DNA from: Actinomycetota bacterium
Lineage (GTDB): Bacteria; Actinomycetota; UBA4738; JACQTL01
Length of the DNA: 64,000 nucleotides
Direction of reading: 5' to 3'
Assembly (NCBI GenBank): GCA_045805265.1
Contig: JBJMLO010000011.1
Span: 110,148 to 174,147 of the forward strand
The position numbers and the translations under genes were made by a program. The notes under the pieces are model-generated. The model was given only the letters and a program-made list of their open reading frames with translations, was not told the DNA's origin and made no database searches. Position 1 is the first letter of the stretch, and every line of letters starts with the position of its first letter. Below are positions 47,910 through 57,386 of this stretch, piece after piece.

Positions 47910-49245
47910 CATGCGCGTCTCGGTCATCGGCACCGGTCACGTCGGGCTGACCACCGCCGCATGTCTCGCCCACATCGGGCACGACGTGCTCGGCGTCGAC
48001 GACGACGTCGAGAAGGCCGGGGCCATCGGGCGCGGCGAGGTCCCGTTCCACGAGCCCGGCCTGGCCGAGCTGGTCCGCGAGGGCCTCGATTCGGGCCGCC
48101 TCCGAATGTCGACCGACCCTTCGGCGGCCGCTCCGCACGGGGAGGTCGTGTTCATCTGCGTCGGCACCCCCACAGGGGAATCCGGCGCTGCGGACCTCGA
48201 CCAGGTCGAACGTGTCGCCCGGATCGTCGCCCGGAGCCTGGAGGGCTACGCCGTGATCGCGGAGAAGTCCACGGTGCCGGTGGAGACCGGCGAATGGATC
48301 CGCCGCACCGTCGAGCGCGAGGCCCGGCCGGGGACCGAGTTCGACGTGGCCTCCAACCCCGAGTTCCTGCGCGAGGGGCGCGCCATCAACGACACACTGG
48401 AGCCCGACCGCATCGTCGTCGGGAGCGACTCGCCCCGGGCGATCGAACGCCTCCGCGAGGTGTACCGCCCGATCCTGGACCGGAGCGGCTGCCCCTTCGT
48501 GGTGACCGACCTCGCGACGGCGGAGCTCATCAAGCACGCTTCGAACGCGTTCCTGGCCACGAAGATCTCGTTCATCAATTCCATCGCGGACCTGTGCGAG
48601 CGGGCGGGGGCCGACGTGGAGACCGTCGCCGAGGCCATGGGCCTCGACCAGCGCATCGGGCCCGCCTTCCTCCGGGCGGGGATCGGCTACGGCGGCGAGT
48701 GCTTCCCGAAGGACGTGCGCGCGTTCCGCCACCGTGCCGACGAGCTCGGCGTCGACTTCGCGCTGCTGGCCCAGGTGGAGCGGGTGAACGACGCGCGGAT
48801 CGACGCGTTCGTCGAGAAGGTTCGGGGGGCACTGTCGGGCCTCGAGGGGAAGCGCGTGGCGCTGTGGGGCCTGTCGTTCAAGCCCGAGACCGACGACCTC
48901 CGCAACGCCCCGGCCCTGGAGGTGGCACGGCGGCTGGTCGCCGGCGGCGCTCGCGTCACGGCCTACGACCCGGTGGCGATGCCCGCCGCGAAGCCGCTCG
49001 TGCCGGACGTCGAGCTCGCGCCGGACCCCTACGACGCCGTGCGGGGAGCGGACTGCCTGGCGGTATGCACGGAGTGGAGCGTCTTCGCCACGGCCGACCT
49101 CGAACGGCTCCGCGCCGAGATGGCCCACCCCCTCGTCGTCGACGGCCGGAACGTCTTCGACCCGGCCGCGATGGCCGCCGCCGGCTTCACCTACGCGAGC
49201 GTCGGCCGCCCGACCGTGGCGCCGGGCCCGATCGCGACTCCGTAG
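47910..49245 (+). CDS. ugd: UDP-glucose 6-dehydrogenase family (UDP-glucose/GDP-mannose dehydrogenase)
   Basis: ATG at 47910. N-terminal NAD Rossmann fold MRVSVIGTGHVGLTTAACLA; catalytic Cys in GYGGECFPKDV. Confidence 0.85.
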
Positions 49246-49280
49246 CCCTCCGCCGGGTCGTCGCGGCGTCGTCGGCCCGG

Positions 49281-50402
49281 CTACGCGTTGGATGCGACGA
49301 TCCACCGGTCCAAGGCCCCGGCCGCGGCGCCCGAATCGATCGACCGCGCCGCGGACGCTACGCCGGTCCGGAGGTCGCCCGCCGCCCCCGCGGTCCACAG
49401 GGCCGCGCCGGCGTTCAGCAGGACCACGTCGCGGGCCGGCCCGGGGTCGCCGGCCAGCACCGACCGGGCGATCGCGACGTTGTGCCCGACGTCGCCCCCC
49501 TTCAGGTCGTCGGGCGAGGCGCGACCGAGACCGGCGTCCTCGGGGGTCAGCTCGCCCTCCGTGGCGGCTCCGCCCGAGACCGTGAACACGTGGGACGGCC
49601 CGGTGGTCGTGAGCTCGTCGAGTCCATCGTCGCCCCGGAACACCAGCGCGGTGGTCCCCCGCCGGGCCAGCACCTCCGCCACGAGGGGCACCATCCGGAG
49701 ATCGGAGACGCCGACGATCTGGGCGTGAGGCCGGGCGGGGTTCGTCAGCGGGCCCAGGAAGTTGAAGGCCGTCGGCACCCGGAGCTCCCGGCGGACGACG
49801 GCCGCATGCGCCATGGCGGGGTGGAACACGGGGGCGAACATGAACGCGATGCCGGCCTGCTCCAGGCACCGCCGTACGCCGGCCGGATCGAGGTCGATCT
49901 TCACGCCGAGCGCCTCCAGGAGGTCGGCGGAGCCGCACCGCGAGGACGCCGCCCTGTTGCCGTGCTTGGCCACGGCGACGCCGGCACCCGCGCACGCGAT
50001 GGCCCCCAGCGTAGAGACGTTGAGCGTCCCCGCCCGGTCGCCGCCCGTGCCGCACGTGTCGATCACCGGGCCCGGCGGATCCACTGCCTGCGCCAGCTCG
50101 AGCATGGTGGCCGCGAGGCCCTCGAGCTCCTCGGCGGTCTCCCCCTTCGTGCGCAGGGCCATCAGGAACCCGCCCATCTGGGCCTGGGTGGCCTGGCCGA
50201 GCATGACGGCCCGCATCGCCGCCGCGGTCTCCTCGGCGGTGAGCGACTCGTGCGCGGCCAGGCGGGCCAGCAGGTTCGGCCAGAAGTTCGGCGTTGGCTC
50301 GACGCCGGGCTCGTGCGCCGGTGAGGAAGCCGCGTCTGTCGGCGCTGCTGGTGGCGAGTGCGGCGTGCCCGGGGAGGGCTGCTGTTCGGGGCCGGCAGGC
50401 AT
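49281..50402 (-). CDS. trpD: anthranilate phosphoribosyltransferase
   Basis: ATG at 50402. GTGGD motif (VIDTCGTGGDRAGTLNVST) and KHGNRAASS. Pro/Ala-rich N-terminal extension as in actinobacterial TrpD. The upstream 247 codons of the ORF track were rejected. Confidence 0.85.
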   Translation of the reverse strand: MPAGPEQQPSPGTPHSPPAAPTDAASSPAHEPGVEPTPNFWPNLLARLAAHESLTAEETAAAMRAVMLGQATQAQMGGFLMALRTKGETAEELEGLAATMLELAQAVDPPGPVIDTCGTGGDRAGTLNVSTLGAIACAGAGVAVAKHGNRAASSRCGSADLLEALGVKIDLDPAGVRRCLEQAGIAFMFAPVFHPAMAHAAVVRRELRVPTAFNFLGPLTNPARPHAQIVGVSDLRMVPLVAEVLARRGTTALVFRGDDGLDELTTTGPSHVFTVSGGAATEGELTPEDAGLGRASPDDLKGGDVGHNVAIARSVLAGDPGPARDVVLLNAGAALWTAGAAGDLRTGVASAARSIDSGAAAGALDRWIVASNA

Positions 50403-50564
50403 GGGAACGGCAACGCTAGCAGGTCGGGATTCCCGCGCCCCGGGGCATGTTCCGAGGCTCGTCGTGAGGGCGTTTCCGCGGCCCGGGACACGAGCCATCC
50501 GGGCGCGGCCCCGACCGCGGCCCTTGCTAGAATGCGCGGCGCGACCGGCCTCCGGGCCGCTCTG

Positions 50565-50635
50565 GCGGATGTGGTTCAATGGCAGAACGCAAGCTTCCCA
50601 AGCTTGAGACGGGGGTTCGATTCCCCTCATCCGCT
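50565..50635 (+). tRNA. tRNA-Gly (anticodon CCC)
   Basis: Cloverleaf read by hand: acceptor GCGGATG/CATCCGC, D-arm GTTC-AATGGCA-GAAC, anticodon arm CAAGC-TTCCCAA-GCTTG (anticodon CCC), T-arm GGGGG-TTCGATT-CCCCT, discriminator U. CCA not encoded. Confidence 0.85.
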
Positions 50636-50761
50636 CCCTCCCCTCACAGGAGTGTTCGCGCGGGGACCGAGCGTTCGAGGCTCGGATGCGACGAGGAGTT
50701 GGGGCAGGACTTCCGTCCGAACCAATGGCATCGCTTCGTCGACGATCGAAACTGACCCAAC

Positions 50762-51589
50762 CTAGCCCCTCGCGTCGCCCGGGCGATCGGTCGTTCCGCC
50801 CAGATACATCGGCGCGGTGGGGCACAGGTCGTTCAGCGGGCAGTCCTCGCAGCGGGGCCGGCCCGGCTTGCAGATCTCGCGACCCAGGCGGATCAGGCCA
50901 ACGTGCATCGAGATCCGCAACCGTGGCGGCACGAGCTTCCGCAGGATCTCGTGCGCGGGGCCGGCGCCCGCGCCCGGCGGGATCCAGCCGAGCCGGCCGG
51001 CCACCCGGTGGACGTGGGTGTCGACCGGCAGGGCCGGCCGCTCCAGCGAGAAGGCCAGCACGCAGGCCGCCGTCTTCGGGCCGACGCCGGGAAGGGATTC
51101 CAGGTAGGCGACCACCTCCTCGTCGGAGGCCTCGCGCATCCACGCCAGGTCCAGCGAGCCGTCACGGTCGCGGATCTCGCGCAGGATCGCGAGGAGCCGT
51201 GGCGCCTTGATCCGGGACAGGCCGCCGGGGCGGATGGCCTGGGCGACGTCCGCGACCTCGGCGTCGGCCAGCGACTCCCACGTCGGGAACCGATCCCGCA
51301 GCGCCGCGAACGCCCGGTCGCGGTTCACGTCGCTGGTGTTCTGCGACAGGACCGTGAGCACCAGCTCTTCGACCGGGTCGCGCTTGACGGGCGGGTCGAG
51401 CGGCCCGAAACGCCGGGCCAGCCTCCGGTGGACCTGCCTGACCACCGCGGCATCGACGGAGGGCGAGCCGGCCACGCCATCGACTGCACGACCGGCGGGA
51501 CGCGCAACGAACCGCGCGGGTCGCGCGGCGGTCCGGCGGGCGGCACGGCGCTTCCCGGGCGGACCGGGCGCCGTCTTCGCGGCGCTCAC
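50762..51589 (-). CDS. nth: endonuclease III (HhH-GPD family DNA glycosylase, 4Fe-4S)
   Basis: HhH-GPD (LPGVGPKTAACVLAF) and C-terminal Cys cluster CKPGRPRCEDCPLNDLC. GTG at 51589 overlaps the dnaB TGA (GTGA); the start is uncertain. Confidence 0.75.
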   Translation of the reverse strand: MSAAKTAPGPPGKRRAARRTAARPARFVARPAGRAVDGVAGSPSVDAAVVRQVHRRLARRFGPLDPPVKRDPVEELVLTVLSQNTSDVNRDRAFAALRDRFPTWESLADAEVADVAQAIRPGGLSRIKAPRLLAILREIRDRDGSLDLAWMREASDEEVVAYLESLPGVGPKTAACVLAFSLERPALPVDTHVHRVAGRLGWIPPGAGAGPAHEILRKLVPPRLRISMHVGLIRLGREICKPGRPRCEDCPLNDLCPTAPMYLGGTTDRPGDARG

Positions 51590-53445
51590 CCCCGGTAGAG
51601 GTTCCGGAACCGGATCAGCTCGTCGGAGAAGGCCAGCTTGATCGTGCCCGTGGGTCCGTTCCGGTGCTTCGCCACGATGAGCTCCGCCTCGCCCTTGGCC
51701 CAGTGTCCATCCTCGTCCTTCTCGCGGTGGATGAACATGACGACGTCGGCGTCCTGCTCCAGCGCGCCGGAGTTGTGGCTGATGATCCCGTTCGACACCC
51801 AGGAGTTCGGTCCGGGAACGGTGAGGTCGTAGACACGCTCCCGCCCGGCCGGCTCCACGGCGATCACGGGGTCCCATCCCAGGTCGGGCCGGTTCTCACC
51901 GAGGCCCCACCCGACCTGGCTATCCAGTCCCCCGGGGGCGAACGACGAGAACCCGGACCTGTGCGCGGCTTGGGCCACGGCCACCGGCAGGGGAAGCGCG
52001 GCGTGGACGCCGACCCGGTCGCCGGCCATCAGGTCCCGGACCCGGATCCATCCGCGGGCCCCATACACCAGGTGGAGGTCGGTCGCCCGGAGGCGCCGGC
52101 CCGATGCCAGGACCACGTCGAAGACCCGCCGGACCCCGACCTCCCAGATGAGCTCGGACCGGGCCGTGACGATCAGCCCCTCCCGGGTGAGGGCGAGCAC
52201 CTCCGGTGCCGTTCCGACGAGCTCCTCGATCGGTGCGACGCCGCCGTCGGCCAGCGCGACCGTCGTGTCGCCGGTCACGCACTCCCGGAGGTTGGACAGC
52301 TGGGGCTTGGCCCCTTCCCGGCGCTCGGGGTCCCGGTTCAGCTGGGAGAGGGCGACGACCGGGATCTGGAGCTCCTTGGCCAGGAGCTTCAGGGAACGGC
52401 TGATCTCGGCGATCTCCTGCTGGCGGTTGTCCACCCGGCGGTGGTGGGACATCAGCTGGAGGTAGTCGACGACGATCAGCGCCAGGTCCTCCCGCGACCG
52501 GAGCCGCCGAGCCTTGGCCCGGATGTCGAGGATCGTGACCTCCCCGGAGTCCACGATGTACAGGGGCGCGTCGTGCAGCGTGTCGGCGGCGTCGGCGAAC
52601 GCGCTGAAGTCGGCGCCGCCGATCTTCCCCGCCCGGACCTTGGCCATCGGGACCCCGGCCTCGCTGCACAGCAGCCGCATCCCCAGCTCCCACCGCGACA
52701 TCTCGAGCGAGAACAGGGCAACGGTCTTGCGCTCGGTGACTGCCACGTTGCGGGCGATGTTGACCGCGAGCGCCGACTTCCCGGCGCCGGGACGCGCGGC
52801 GATGATGATGAAGTTGCTGTCCTGCATCCCCGACAGCAGCTCGTCGATGTCCCGGAAACCAGTGGCGAGCCCGGCCAGCGCGGACTCCCGCTGCTGGATG
52901 TGTTCGATCTCGTCGATGGCCGAGGAGATCACCGGCTGCAGCGCGACCAGCGAGGTCTCGTCCTCGTGGCGGGAGGCCGCGTAGATGCGGCCTTCGGCGA
53001 GCTCCGCAGCCTCCCGCGGGTTCTCCGGCACGGCGTACGCGATCTCCATGACGTCGGCCGCCGCCGAGATGAGCCGGCGGAGCAGCGCGAGCTCCGACAC
53101 GATCTTGGCGTAGTGCACGGCGCTCGCCGGGGACGGCACCGCCTCCACCAGCTCCTGGATCCGGAGCGCCCCGCCGACCTCCACCAGCTGCCCGCGGCGC
53201 TTCAGCTCCTCGACCGCGGTGATGGCGTCGACGGGCTCGCCGCGCGCGTACAGCTGCAGGAGCGCCTCGAAGATCGTGGCGTTCGCCCGGCGGTAGAACT
53301 CGTCGGCCTTGACCACGTCGATGACGTTGGCGATGGCGTCCGCGGAGAGCATCATGGCGCCGAGCACGGATTCCTCGGCCTCCAGGTTCTGCGGGGGGAT
53401 CCGTTCCGGTCGGACCCGCCTGACCTCGTCCGTCGCCTGCGCCAT
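51586..53445 (-). CDS. dnaB: replicative DNA helicase DnaB, interrupted in-frame by a mini-intein
   Basis: N-terminal domain (IPPQNLEAEESVLGAMML), Walker A (ARPGAGKSALAVN), Walker B (LIVVDYLQLM), C-terminal SGALEQDADVVMFIHRE. Total 619 aa against about 450 aa for intein-free DnaB. Confidence 0.9.
   Translation of the reverse strand: MAQATDEVRRVRPERIPPQNLEAEESVLGAMMLSADAIANVIDVVKADEFYRRANATIFEALLQLYARGEPVDAITAVEELKRRGQLVEVGGALRIQELVEAVPSPASAVHYAKIVSELALLRRLISAAADVMEIAYAVPENPREAAELAEGRIYAASRHEDETSLVALQPVISSAIDEIEHIQQRESALAGLATGFRDIDELLSGMQDSNFIIIAARPGAGKSALAVNIARNVAVTERKTVALFSLEMSRWELGMRLLCSEAGVPMAKVRAGKIGGADFSAFADAADTLHDAPLYIVDSGEVTILDIRAKARRLRSREDLALIVVDYLQLMSHHRRVDNRQQEIAEISRSLKLLAKELQIPVVALSQLNRDPERREGAKPQLSNLRECVTGDTTVALADGGVAPIEELVGTAPEVLALTREGLIVTARSELIWEVGVRRVFDVVLASGRRLRATDLHLVYGARGWIRVRDLMAGDRVGVHAALPLPVAVAQAAHRSGFSSFAPGGLDSQVGWGLGENRPDLGWDPVIAVEPAGRERVYDLTVPGPNSWVSNGIISHNSGALEQDADVVMFIHREKDEDGHWAKGEAELIVAKHRNGPTGTIKLAFSDELIRFRNLYRG
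51772..52281 (-). other. mini-intein (170 aa, Hint domain only, no homing endonuclease) inside dnaB
   Basis: Starts with Cys directly after conserved extein LSNLRE (CVTGDTTVALADGG, block A). TxxH block B (ATDLH). Ends ...VYDLTVPGPNSWVSNGIISHN followed by +1 Ser of the conserved SGALEQDAD helicase motif (blocks F/G). Codons 389-558 of the dnaB ORF. Confidence 0.8.
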
Positions 53446-53652
53446 CTCAGCTCCCCCCCGTGGAATCCCGCGACGCTAGTCCCTCGCGTCGGGAAGGCGG
53501 AAGGGGAAAGGACGGAGGAAATCGTTGGGGAAAACGCGGTGCGCTGGTCCGGGCGTCGCCGAGCTCGGGATTTCGTGTCGTTCCCGCTCCGACCAGCGCT
53601 CCCCCGGTGTGGACAACCATGTGGAGAAATGTAGAGGGGACCACCGACACGA

Positions 53653-55629
53653 ATGTCCCGGCCGGTCCTGCGGCCCCCGCCCGGCGCCTTGGGCGGGGTC
53701 GGTGACGGGAGCGGTCATCGGCCCGCGGGGGATCGTGCTTCCTTGACGGGTCCCCGCCGCACGGGTGGAATGGCGGGCATGGCCGGCTCCGGGACGTCCC
53801 AACCGGCCCCGCGCCCGGCCGATGCCACGACGACCGCTCCCGACCGGGGCGCGCCGCCGCCATCGACCGGCGACGGGGCCGAGCCGGCCGGTCCCCGCCG
53901 GCACGCGGCCGCCTCATGGGCCGGCCGCACGGCCGGCTGGCTGCGCTCGACGACCCGGGGACAGGCGACAGTGGCGTTCCTCGCCTACCTCGTGGCCTCG
54001 ATCGGCACGTTCGGCGCACCGATCCTGCGTCACCCCGGAACGACGGTCGTCGGGTGGGGCACCGACCCGAGCTTCTACGCGTGGGCCATGGCCTGGTTCC
54101 CGCACGCAATCGGGCACGGCCTGAACCCGCTCGTCACCCACGAGGTGTGGGCGCCGGTGGGGTTCAACCTCACCCACGCCACGGCGGTCCCCGGGCCCGC
54201 GCTGGCCCTGTCGCCCGTCACGCTGCTGTTCGGGCCGGTGGTCGCGTACAACGTGATGTCGCTGCTGGCTCCCGTGCTGGCGGCGTGGGCCGCGTACCTG
54301 CTGTGCCGGGAGGTCACCGGGAGGTTCTGGGCGTCGCTCGTCGGCGGCTACCTGTTCGGGTTCTCCGTGTACGTGACCGCGCAGATGCTGGGCCACCCGA
54401 ACCTGTCGCTGGTGTTCCCGGTGCCGCTGTGCGCGCTGGTGGTGCTCCGGCTCGTTCGGGGCGAGATCTCGACCAGGAAAGCCGTGGTCGGCCTCGCGGC
54501 GGCGCTCACCGGGGAGTTCCTCATCTCACTGGAGGTGTTCACGACCCTCGCGGTGGTCGGCATCCTGGCCCTGGTGGCAGCCGTGCTCGTGATGCCCCGG
54601 CTGAGGCCGGCGCTGTACGGCGCGGGGATGGCGGTGGCACTCGCCTACGGGATCACGGCGGTGGTGGTGTCGCCGTTGGTGTGGTCGTTCTTCTCCTCGT
54701 CGTACTACGCGCCCGTGTACGACTTCTACCCGGCGCTGTACGCCTCGGACCTCGTGAACTTCCTGGTGCCCACGTCGCTCACGCACGTCGGCGCGGGCAC
54801 CTTCTTCCCGGTGAGCACGATGTTCACCGGGGACATCTCCGAGCAGTCCGCGTACTTCGGGCTGCCGCTCCTCGCCATGGCCGGCGGGTTCGCCGTCGAG
54901 TTCTGGCGCCGGGGGTGGGCGAGATGGCTCCTCGGGCTGACGGCGGTGGTCTGCGTTCTGTCGCTCGGACCCAAGCTCCACATCGGCGGCCAGGAGACCA
55001 TGACCATGCCCTGGAAGCTCGCGCTCTCGGTGCCGCTGCTGAAGTACGTCCTGCCCGGCCGGCTCATGCTGTACGCGTGGCTGGGCGTCGCAGTGATGGC
55101 CGCCGCGTGGCTGGCGGCCCGGCCGGGCTGGGGCCGGTGGGCCCTGGCGGGGCTCGCCGTGATCGTGCTGTTCCCGAACATCACCGGGCCGTTCTGGCAC
55201 AACCCCGTCCACGAGCCCGCTTTCTTCTCCGGCGGCGAGTACCGCCGCTTCCTCCCGCGGGACGCGAACGTCCTGGTCGTGCCCTACGGCGCGAGCGGAG
55301 AGAGCACGCTGTGGCAGGCCGAGTCGGGATTCTGGTTCCGGATGCCGGGCGGGAACGTCGCCACCAGGCCGCCCTCGGATTTCGGGAACTGGCCGATCAT
55401 GGAGGCCCTGTACTCGGGCCAGCCCATCGCGAACTCCGGCGTGGAGCTGAAGCGGTTCCTGGGCGCGAACGCGGTGCGCGACGTCGTGGTCGTACACGGC
55501 ACCCCGGGGGAATGGAAGGCGCTGTTCGCCCCGATCGGCCGGCCGCGCTCGATCGGGGGGATCGACCTGTACACGGTCCCCGGTTCGATCCTCCGGGCGT
55601 ACGCGAATGCGCCCCGCCCCGGACCGTAG
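53653..55629 (+). CDS. polytopic integral membrane protein, putative GT-C-type glycosyltransferase (unknown specificity)
   Basis: At least 10 hydrophobic helices after an about 100-aa Pro/Gly-rich N-terminus and a C-terminal soluble domain; the true start may be at the internal Met (MAGMAG) near 53770. Family assignment is inference only. Confidence 0.5.
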   Translation: MSRPVLRPPPGALGGVGDGSGHRPAGDRASLTGPRRTGGMAGMAGSGTSQPAPRPADATTTAPDRGAPPPSTGDGAEPAGPRRHAAASWAGRTAGWLRSTTRGQATVAFLAYLVASIGTFGAPILRHPGTTVVGWGTDPSFYAWAMAWFPHAIGHGLNPLVTHEVWAPVGFNLTHATAVPGPALALSPVTLLFGPVVAYNVMSLLAPVLAAWAAYLLCREVTGRFWASLVGGYLFGFSVYVTAQMLGHPNLSLVFPVPLCALVVLRLVRGEISTRKAVVGLAAALTGEFLISLEVFTTLAVVGILALVAAVLVMPRLRPALYGAGMAVALAYGITAVVVSPLVWSFFSSSYYAPVYDFYPALYASDLVNFLVPTSLTHVGAGTFFPVSTMFTGDISEQSAYFGLPLLAMAGGFAVEFWRRGWARWLLGLTAVVCVLSLGPKLHIGGQETMTMPWKLALSVPLLKYVLPGRLMLYAWLGVAVMAAAWLAARPGWGRWALAGLAVIVLFPNITGPFWHNPVHEPAFFSGGEYRRFLPRDANVLVVPYGASGESTLWQAESGFWFRMPGGNVATRPPSDFGNWPIMEALYSGQPIANSGVELKRFLGANAVRDVVVVHGTPGEWKALFAPIGRPRSIGGIDLYTVPGSILRAYANAPRPGP

Positions 55630-55706
55630 GCAGACGGCGTCGCAGCGCCGCGGCGCCAGCCCATCGCCGGGGACTGCCGGCGCCGGCGGAGGGCTCGCGT
55701 CCGCCG

Positions 55707-56156
55707 CTAGGACTCCGCCTCGACCTGGATCGACAGGGTCGCGTTGACCTCGGGGTGCAGCCGCACCGTGACCTCGTGCGTGCCGAGGCTCCGGATGGGC
55801 TCGTCGAGATGGATGTCGCGGCGGTCGATCGGCTGGTCCGCCTGCCTGGCGATCTCCTCGGCCAGATCGGCGGTGGTGATGCTGCCGAACAACCGTCCCT
55901 CCTCGCCCGCCCGCGCGGAGACCACGATGGGCTTCGCCGCCAGCCGGCCGGCCACCTCCTCGGCCGCCACCTTCGTCTTGTTCACGCGCGAGTCATGGGC
56001 CCGGCGCAGTGAGTCGATGTGGCGGACGGCGCCCTTGGACGCCGGGATGGCGATGCCTCGCGGCACCAGGTAGTTCCGCGCGTAGCCGTCGGCGACCGTG
56101 ACGATGTCGCCCGGCACCCCGAGCTTCTCCACTTCCTTCTGCAGGATGATCTTCAC
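55707..56156 (-). CDS. rplI: 50S ribosomal protein L9
   Basis: MKIILQKEVEKLGVPGDIVTVADGYARNYLVPRG, canonical L9. Confidence 0.95.
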   Translation of the reverse strand: MKIILQKEVEKLGVPGDIVTVADGYARNYLVPRGIAIPASKGAVRHIDSLRRAHDSRVNKTKVAAEEVAGRLAAKPIVVSARAGEEGRLFGSITTADLAEEIARQADQPIDRRDIHLDEPIRSLGTHEVTVRLHPEVNATLSIQVEAES

Positions 56157-56165
56157 GGGCTCCTC

Positions 56166-56450
56166 CTACCGTGTGCTGTACGGCAGGAGCGCCATCTCCC
56201 GCGCGTTCTTCACCGCCGACGCGACGTCGCGCTGGTGCTGGGAGCAGTTCCCCGTCACCCGGCGCGCCCGGATCTTCCCCCGCTCCGAGACGAACTTCCG
56301 CAGCAGGTTGGTGTCCTTGTAGTCGACGTGGCTGACCTGGTCCTTGCAGAACTGGCAGAACTTGCGCTTGCCGCGCTTCGCCCAGCCCTTCTCTTCCTTG
56401 GCGTCCTTGCGGGGACGCTTCTTCGTCGACGTGCTCGATCTACCCGGCAT
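56166..56450 (-). CDS. rpsR: 30S ribosomal protein S18
   Basis: Core [31 protein letters not shown]; basic N-terminal extension. Confidence 0.9.
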   Translation of the reverse strand: MPGRSSTSTKKRPRKDAKEEKGWAKRGKRKFCQFCKDQVSHVDYKDTNLLRKFVSERGKIRARRVTGNCSQHQRDVASAVKNAREMALLPYSTR

Positions 56451-56886
56451 CCAGTGGTGTCTCCTCGTCTCTGCCGACGCCGACGGCCACCCGGTCCTGC
56501 GATGCGGACCACTCGCCGCCGCCGGACCGGCTCTGCTTCTCCACCTTGGCGGTGGCCCACCGCAGGCTCGGCCCGACCTCGTCGGCCTCGATCTCGATCA
56601 CGGTTCGCTTCTCTCCGTCCTGGGTCTCCCAGGACCGCTGCTGCAGCCGCCCGACGACGATCACGTTGGCGCCGCGGGTGAGCGACTCCGCCACGTTCTC
56701 GCCGAGCGACCGCCACGCGTTGACGGTGAAGTACGACGTGTCGCCGTCCTTCCACTCACCGGACTGGTCCTTGTACCGCCGGTTCACCGCCACGCGGAAC
56801 TTGGCCACGGCCGCGCCGTTCGGCGTGTACCGCAGCTCGGGATCGTCGGTCAGGTTGCCGACGATCGTCACCTGTCCCATCGCCAT
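56440..56886 (-). CDS. ssb: single-stranded DNA-binding protein
   Basis: OB-fold start [29 protein letters not shown]; Gly-rich C-terminal tail. Start at ATG 56886 or 56880; the 3' end overlaps the rpsR start by 11 nt. Confidence 0.85.
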   Translation of the reverse strand: MAMGQVTIVGNLTDDPELRYTPNGAAVAKFRVAVNRRYKDQSGEWKDGDTSYFTVNAWRSLGENVAESLTRGANVIVVGRLQQRSWETQDGEKRTVIEIEADEVGPSLRWATAKVEKQSRSGGGEWSASQDRVAVGVGRDEETPLDAG

Positions 56887-56965
56887 CAGAACCACCACCT
56901 TCTCGCCAGCTCGTCCCTCCCCGAACGATGGCGTTTCGGGGAGAGGGGGAAGCTCCTGCGACCGG

Positions 56966-57259
56966 TCAGGCCGCCTTGTGGACCACCTTGAACCTGATCA
57001 CCTCGTCCGCGAGGTGCAGGACCCGCTCGAGCTCGGTGATCGCATCGGGCTCGGCGTCGAGGTCGGCGACCAGGTAGTAGCCCTCGGACTGCTTCGCGAT
57101 CTCGTACGCGAGGCGCCTGCGGCCCCAGCGGTCGAGCTTCCCGACCTGGCCCTTGCCGTCGGCGAGGGTCTGGTTGATCCGGTCCACCACGCGCGTCACG
57201 ACGGCCTCGTCGGACTCGGAAGGCAGGATCAACATGAGCTCGTACTTGCGCACAGCCAC
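56966..57259 (-). CDS. rpsF: 30S ribosomal protein S6
   Basis: [30 protein letters not shown]..., canonical S6. Confidence 0.95.
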   Translation of the reverse strand: MAVRKYELMLILPSESDEAVVTRVVDRINQTLADGKGQVGKLDRWGRRRLAYEIAKQSEGYYLVADLDAEPDAITELERVLHLADEVIRFKVVHKAA

Positions 57260-57386
57260 CTCCTGTGGACTGAGACGGCCCCCGAAGGGGCAGGAGTGGA
57301 CCCCCCAAGTCTACAGATCGCTTCATCGCCTCACCTCGGGCGGACCCTAGCAGGAGGGTCCGACACGCCGATCGTGGGCCCGACGC

